From assembly GCA_031459875.1 (NCBI GenBank), contig JAVKHQ010000026.1, forward strand, positions 1 through 36,963: DNA of 36,963 nucleotides, read 5' to 3'. The stretch is from Candidatus Fervidifonticultor sextus. Lineage in GTDB: Bacteria; Sysuimicrobiota; Sysuimicrobiia; Sysuimicrobiales; Humicultoraceae. The notes below the pieces were generated by a model. The model was not told the origin of the DNA, did not search any database, and worked only from the letters and a program-made list of their open reading frames with translations. Positions 34,446-36,963 of this stretch are shown in pieces. Both the position numbers and the translations under genes were made by a program. Positions within the stretch are counted from its first letter, which is position 1, and every line of letters starts with the position of its first letter.

Positions 34446-35711
34446 ATGAAGATTTTAGTTGTGGGAGGAGTCCTCCCGTGGCCGGAAGTCTCAGGATTGG
34501 CCATCCGTCTCGCGAACGTGCTACGCGGCCTCGCAAGGGTCGGCGACCTCGACGTCTTTCTCGTGCCCGGTCAGGACCGGTGGGAGTTGCCCGTAATCCC
34601 TCCCGACGTGCCGGTACGGCGTTTCCACGTCGTGGCGCGGCCGTCGGGGAGTTTCGCACTCCCTGAACGTCTCGTGTGGTGGCTGGGAGGACGGCTGCCC
34701 AGCCACTTCGTCGGCCGCGACTATCGGGAGGTGCAGGCACGTTTCCGGGCGTGGACTTCCGAGCGCTACGACGTGGTGTGGTTCAGTACACTCAGAGCCT
34801 ATGTGCCGCTGAAGCCGGTCGTGGATGCGCCAGCCATTGTGGATTTTGACGACCTTGAAGACCGCAAACTGATCGAACGCCTGACGCTTCTCAACGCGGC
34901 CCGGGACCCGCAAGCGCCCGGGGGACTCGCGGCGTGGCGGGATGTCCTCGTCGGCATGCAGGCCAGGAAGAACGCCCGGCTCTGGCGAGACCTTCAGCGC
35001 TCTGCAGCCCGCTCGGTGGAAGCCGCTGTGGTCTGCAGCGACCTTGATCGGCAGTACCTGGGGGCCCCCAACGTGTACGTCGTCCCCAACGGATACGCGT
35101 TTCAACCCCATCCCGTAGGGCGGGAGGGGGTTGGGTTGCCTCCAGTCATCATGCTTCCGGGAATGTTCCGCTACCCGCCCAACGCAGACGCGGCCTGCTG
35201 GCTCGTCGGGGCGATTGCCCCCATCGTGCGACGTCGTGTGCCGCACGTACAGGTCAGGCTGGTCGGGCTGGCCAACGAGCGCGTGCAGAACCTCCACCGG
35301 CCGCCCGAAGTGATTGTGACGGGGTTCGTTCCGGACATCCGAGCGGAACTGGCCCGCGCCGATGTGATTGCCGTTCCGATTCGCTATGGCGGCGGCACGC
35401 GAATCAAGATCCTCGAGGGGTTCGCTCACCGGATTCCCGTGGTGTCGACGTCCAAGGGAGCCGAGGGGATCGACGCAGTGAGCGGTCGAGAGCTGCTCAT
35501 CGAGGATACCCCGGACGCGTTCGCTGACGCCTGTGTCAGGTTATTGACGGAACCACAGTCCCGCCGGGTGATGGTCGAGGCGGCCCATGCTCTGTTCAGG
35601 GAGAAGTACCTTTGGGACCGCATCCACGGAGAGATCGCCAGGCTTGCCGAGGCGGTGGCCCGACGTGCTCCATTTTCGCAGCGGCTCTGGATAGGCGCAG
35701 GCTATGCCTAG
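34446..35711 (+). CDS. GT4-family glycosyltransferase
   Basis: MKILVV, DFDDLE, VCSDLD, VVPNG, GMFRYPPN and GGGTRIKILEG...PVVST..GAEG motifs. Confidence 0.9.
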   Translation: MKILVVGGVLPWPEVSGLAIRLANVLRGLARVGDLDVFLVPGQDRWELPVIPPDVPVRRFHVVARPSGSFALPERLVWWLGGRLPSHFVGRDYREVQARFRAWTSERYDVVWFSTLRAYVPLKPVVDAPAIVDFDDLEDRKLIERLTLLNAARDPQAPGGLAAWRDVLVGMQARKNARLWRDLQRSAARSVEAAVVCSDLDRQYLGAPNVYVVPNGYAFQPHPVGREGVGLPPVIMLPGMFRYPPNADAACWLVGAIAPIVRRRVPHVQVRLVGLANERVQNLHRPPEVIVTGFVPDIRAELARADVIAVPIRYGGGTRIKILEGFAHRIPVVSTSKGAEGIDAVSGRELLIEDTPDAFADACVRLLTEPQSRRVMVEAAHALFREKYLWDRIHGEIARLAEAVARRAPFSQRLWIGAGYA

Positions 35712-36624
35712 AGTCGCCGTCGTGATTCCTACGCGGAACCGCCCCGCGTTTCTTGAGGAAGCGGTTGCCAGCGTGCTGGGCCAGGACTATCGCGACCTCG
35801 AGGTGCTTGTGGTAGATGACGGATCCGAGGATCCGGGCGCAAACATCAGGGTGGTCGAGCGATGTGACGGGCCCGTCCGGTACGTTCGGCGGGAACGCCG
35901 CGGCGGCCCGTCTGCGGCGCGCAACACCGGGATCGCGGCGTCTGATTCGGAGTTCGTGGCCTTCCTCGATGACGATGACGTGTGGTTGCCTTCCAAACTG
36001 GGCCGACAGGTTCGCGTGTTCGACGGCGGGCCGCCGGGCCAGGACCGCCTGGGCGTGGTCTACTGCGGTCACCTGTGGATCGAAGCGACGAGCGGTCGGG
36101 TGCAGGTCCGACGGATGCCCCACATCCGGACCACCGAGGACCTCTTTCGAGCCCGATACAACATCATCCAGACGGTGCTGGTGAGGCGGTCGTGCATCGA
36201 GGAGGTTGGCGGTTTCGATGAGAACATGGCGTTTCAGGAGAACCTCGAGTTCCTCGTTCGGGTCAGCCAGCGCTGGCACTTCGGGCGCGTGGACGAGGAG
36301 CTGGTGTGGTGCCGGACGCATTCCGGACCCAGAACCGGCGATGACCTGGGAGCGATCATCGACGGGTACAGGAGGTTGCTGACCACCGCCCGCGCTGCCG
36401 GCATGGCGCCTTCGGTCCTCCACGGCGACTACTACCGGCTGGGCCGGGCCTTGATGGCCGCGGGTTCCATGGCGGCTGCCAGAGAGTATCTTGCAGAGGC
36501 CGTCAGGGGGGCGCCGTACACGGCGAAAGGACGATACGCGGCATTCCTGGGTTTGTCGTACGTCGTCAGGGCCTTCACCCCGAGTCTGCGCGAGGCGTTC
36601 GTGCGATCATCGCGGAGAAGGTAG
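35704..36624 (+). CDS. GT2-family glycosyltransferase (GT-A, soluble)
   Basis: VVIPTRNR, VVDDGS, GPSAARNTG, AFLDDDD and VGGFDE motifs. Confidence 0.92.
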   Translation: MPRVAVVIPTRNRPAFLEEAVASVLGQDYRDLEVLVVDDGSEDPGANIRVVERCDGPVRYVRRERRGGPSAARNTGIAASDSEFVAFLDDDDVWLPSKLGRQVRVFDGGPPGQDRLGVVYCGHLWIEATSGRVQVRRMPHIRTTEDLFRARYNIIQTVLVRRSCIEEVGGFDENMAFQENLEFLVRVSQRWHFGRVDEELVWCRTHSGPRTGDDLGAIIDGYRRLLTTARAAGMAPSVLHGDYYRLGRALMAAGSMAAAREYLAEAVRGAPYTAKGRYAAFLGLSYVVRAFTPSLREAFVRSSRRR

Positions 36625-36650
36625 TAGCCTGGGTTTCGGGAGGCAAACGT

Positions 36651-36963
36651 ATGTCGATCACTCACCGCGTACTGGCCTGGATCGTCTCCTCCGCCCTGCT
36701 GGCGACGCCGGCTCTGGCGGCAGCAGACCGCGTCCTCACTCCGACTGTCGTCTACGTCCCCGAAGAGTACCATAGCGGGGGTGCCTACACCGCCATCCAG
36801 GCCGGCCCTGATGGGACCGTGTACATCGGCACGACGATCTACAACGGCTACGGGCACCTGCTCGCCTACTCGCCGCGCACGGGACGGTTCGAGAGCCTCG
36901 CCGAGATGTCGGCGGCCACCGGGGAGCGCCTGCCGGGGCCGGCCGGTCAGGCGAAGGTCCACA
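36651..36963 (+). CDS. Secreted protein, possibly beta-propeller, N-terminal fragment (runs off the right edge)
   Basis: Not in the ORF track. GGGAGG RBS at 36638-36643. It reads MSITHRVLAWIVSSALLATPALAAADR... (AxA signal peptide), then AGPDGTVYIGT...LLAYSPRTG blade-like segments, open to the edge. Confidence 0.8.
   Translation, partial: MSITHRVLAWIVSSALLATPALAAADRVLTPTVVYVPEEYHSGGAYTAIQAGPDGTVYIGTTIYNGYGHLLAYSPRTGRFESLAEMSAATGERLPGPAGQAKVH

Noticed and set aside
1..36963. CRISPR arrays, tRNA/rRNA genes, transposases, integrases
   Set aside because: No repeat-spacer periodicity, RNA gene signatures or recombinase motifs were seen.

Overview
High-GC bacterial window, almost entirely + strand, with two interleaved gene sets. 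(1) A cell-envelope glycosylation locus (about 0.5-11.2 kb, 26.5-29.7 kb and 30.8-36.6 kb). It encodes a UbiA-type decaprenyl-phosphate phosphoribosyltransferase, an adenylate-forming enzyme with three oxidoreductase-fold proteins, five probable GT-C-type membrane glycosyltransferases (two are clear paralogs), an ArnC-like GT2, two flippase-type proteins, an epimerase, a GT4 and a second GT2. (2) An aromatic/tryptophan catabolic block (11.6-26.5 kb plus 29.8-30.8 kb). It encodes two NitT/TauT-type ABC importers, two PLP enzymes, an HCHL-like crotonase, tryptophan 2,3-dioxygenase (with a loop insertion), KynB, an extradiol dioxygenase, Rieske dioxygenase alpha/beta subunits, a small dioxygenase-associated protein and two SDRs, but no kynureninase. 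This makes it a candidate Trp -> kynurenate ('quinoline') degradation route. Features missed by the ORF track: a minus-strand sigma70-like promoter, a c-di-GMP-I riboswitch and a truncated secreted Pro/Thr-rich protein at the left edge; the 3' remnant of a deleted substrate-binding-protein gene at 11.5-11.6 kb; and a truncated secreted protein at the right edge. All family calls come from motifs recognised by eye; no searches were run.
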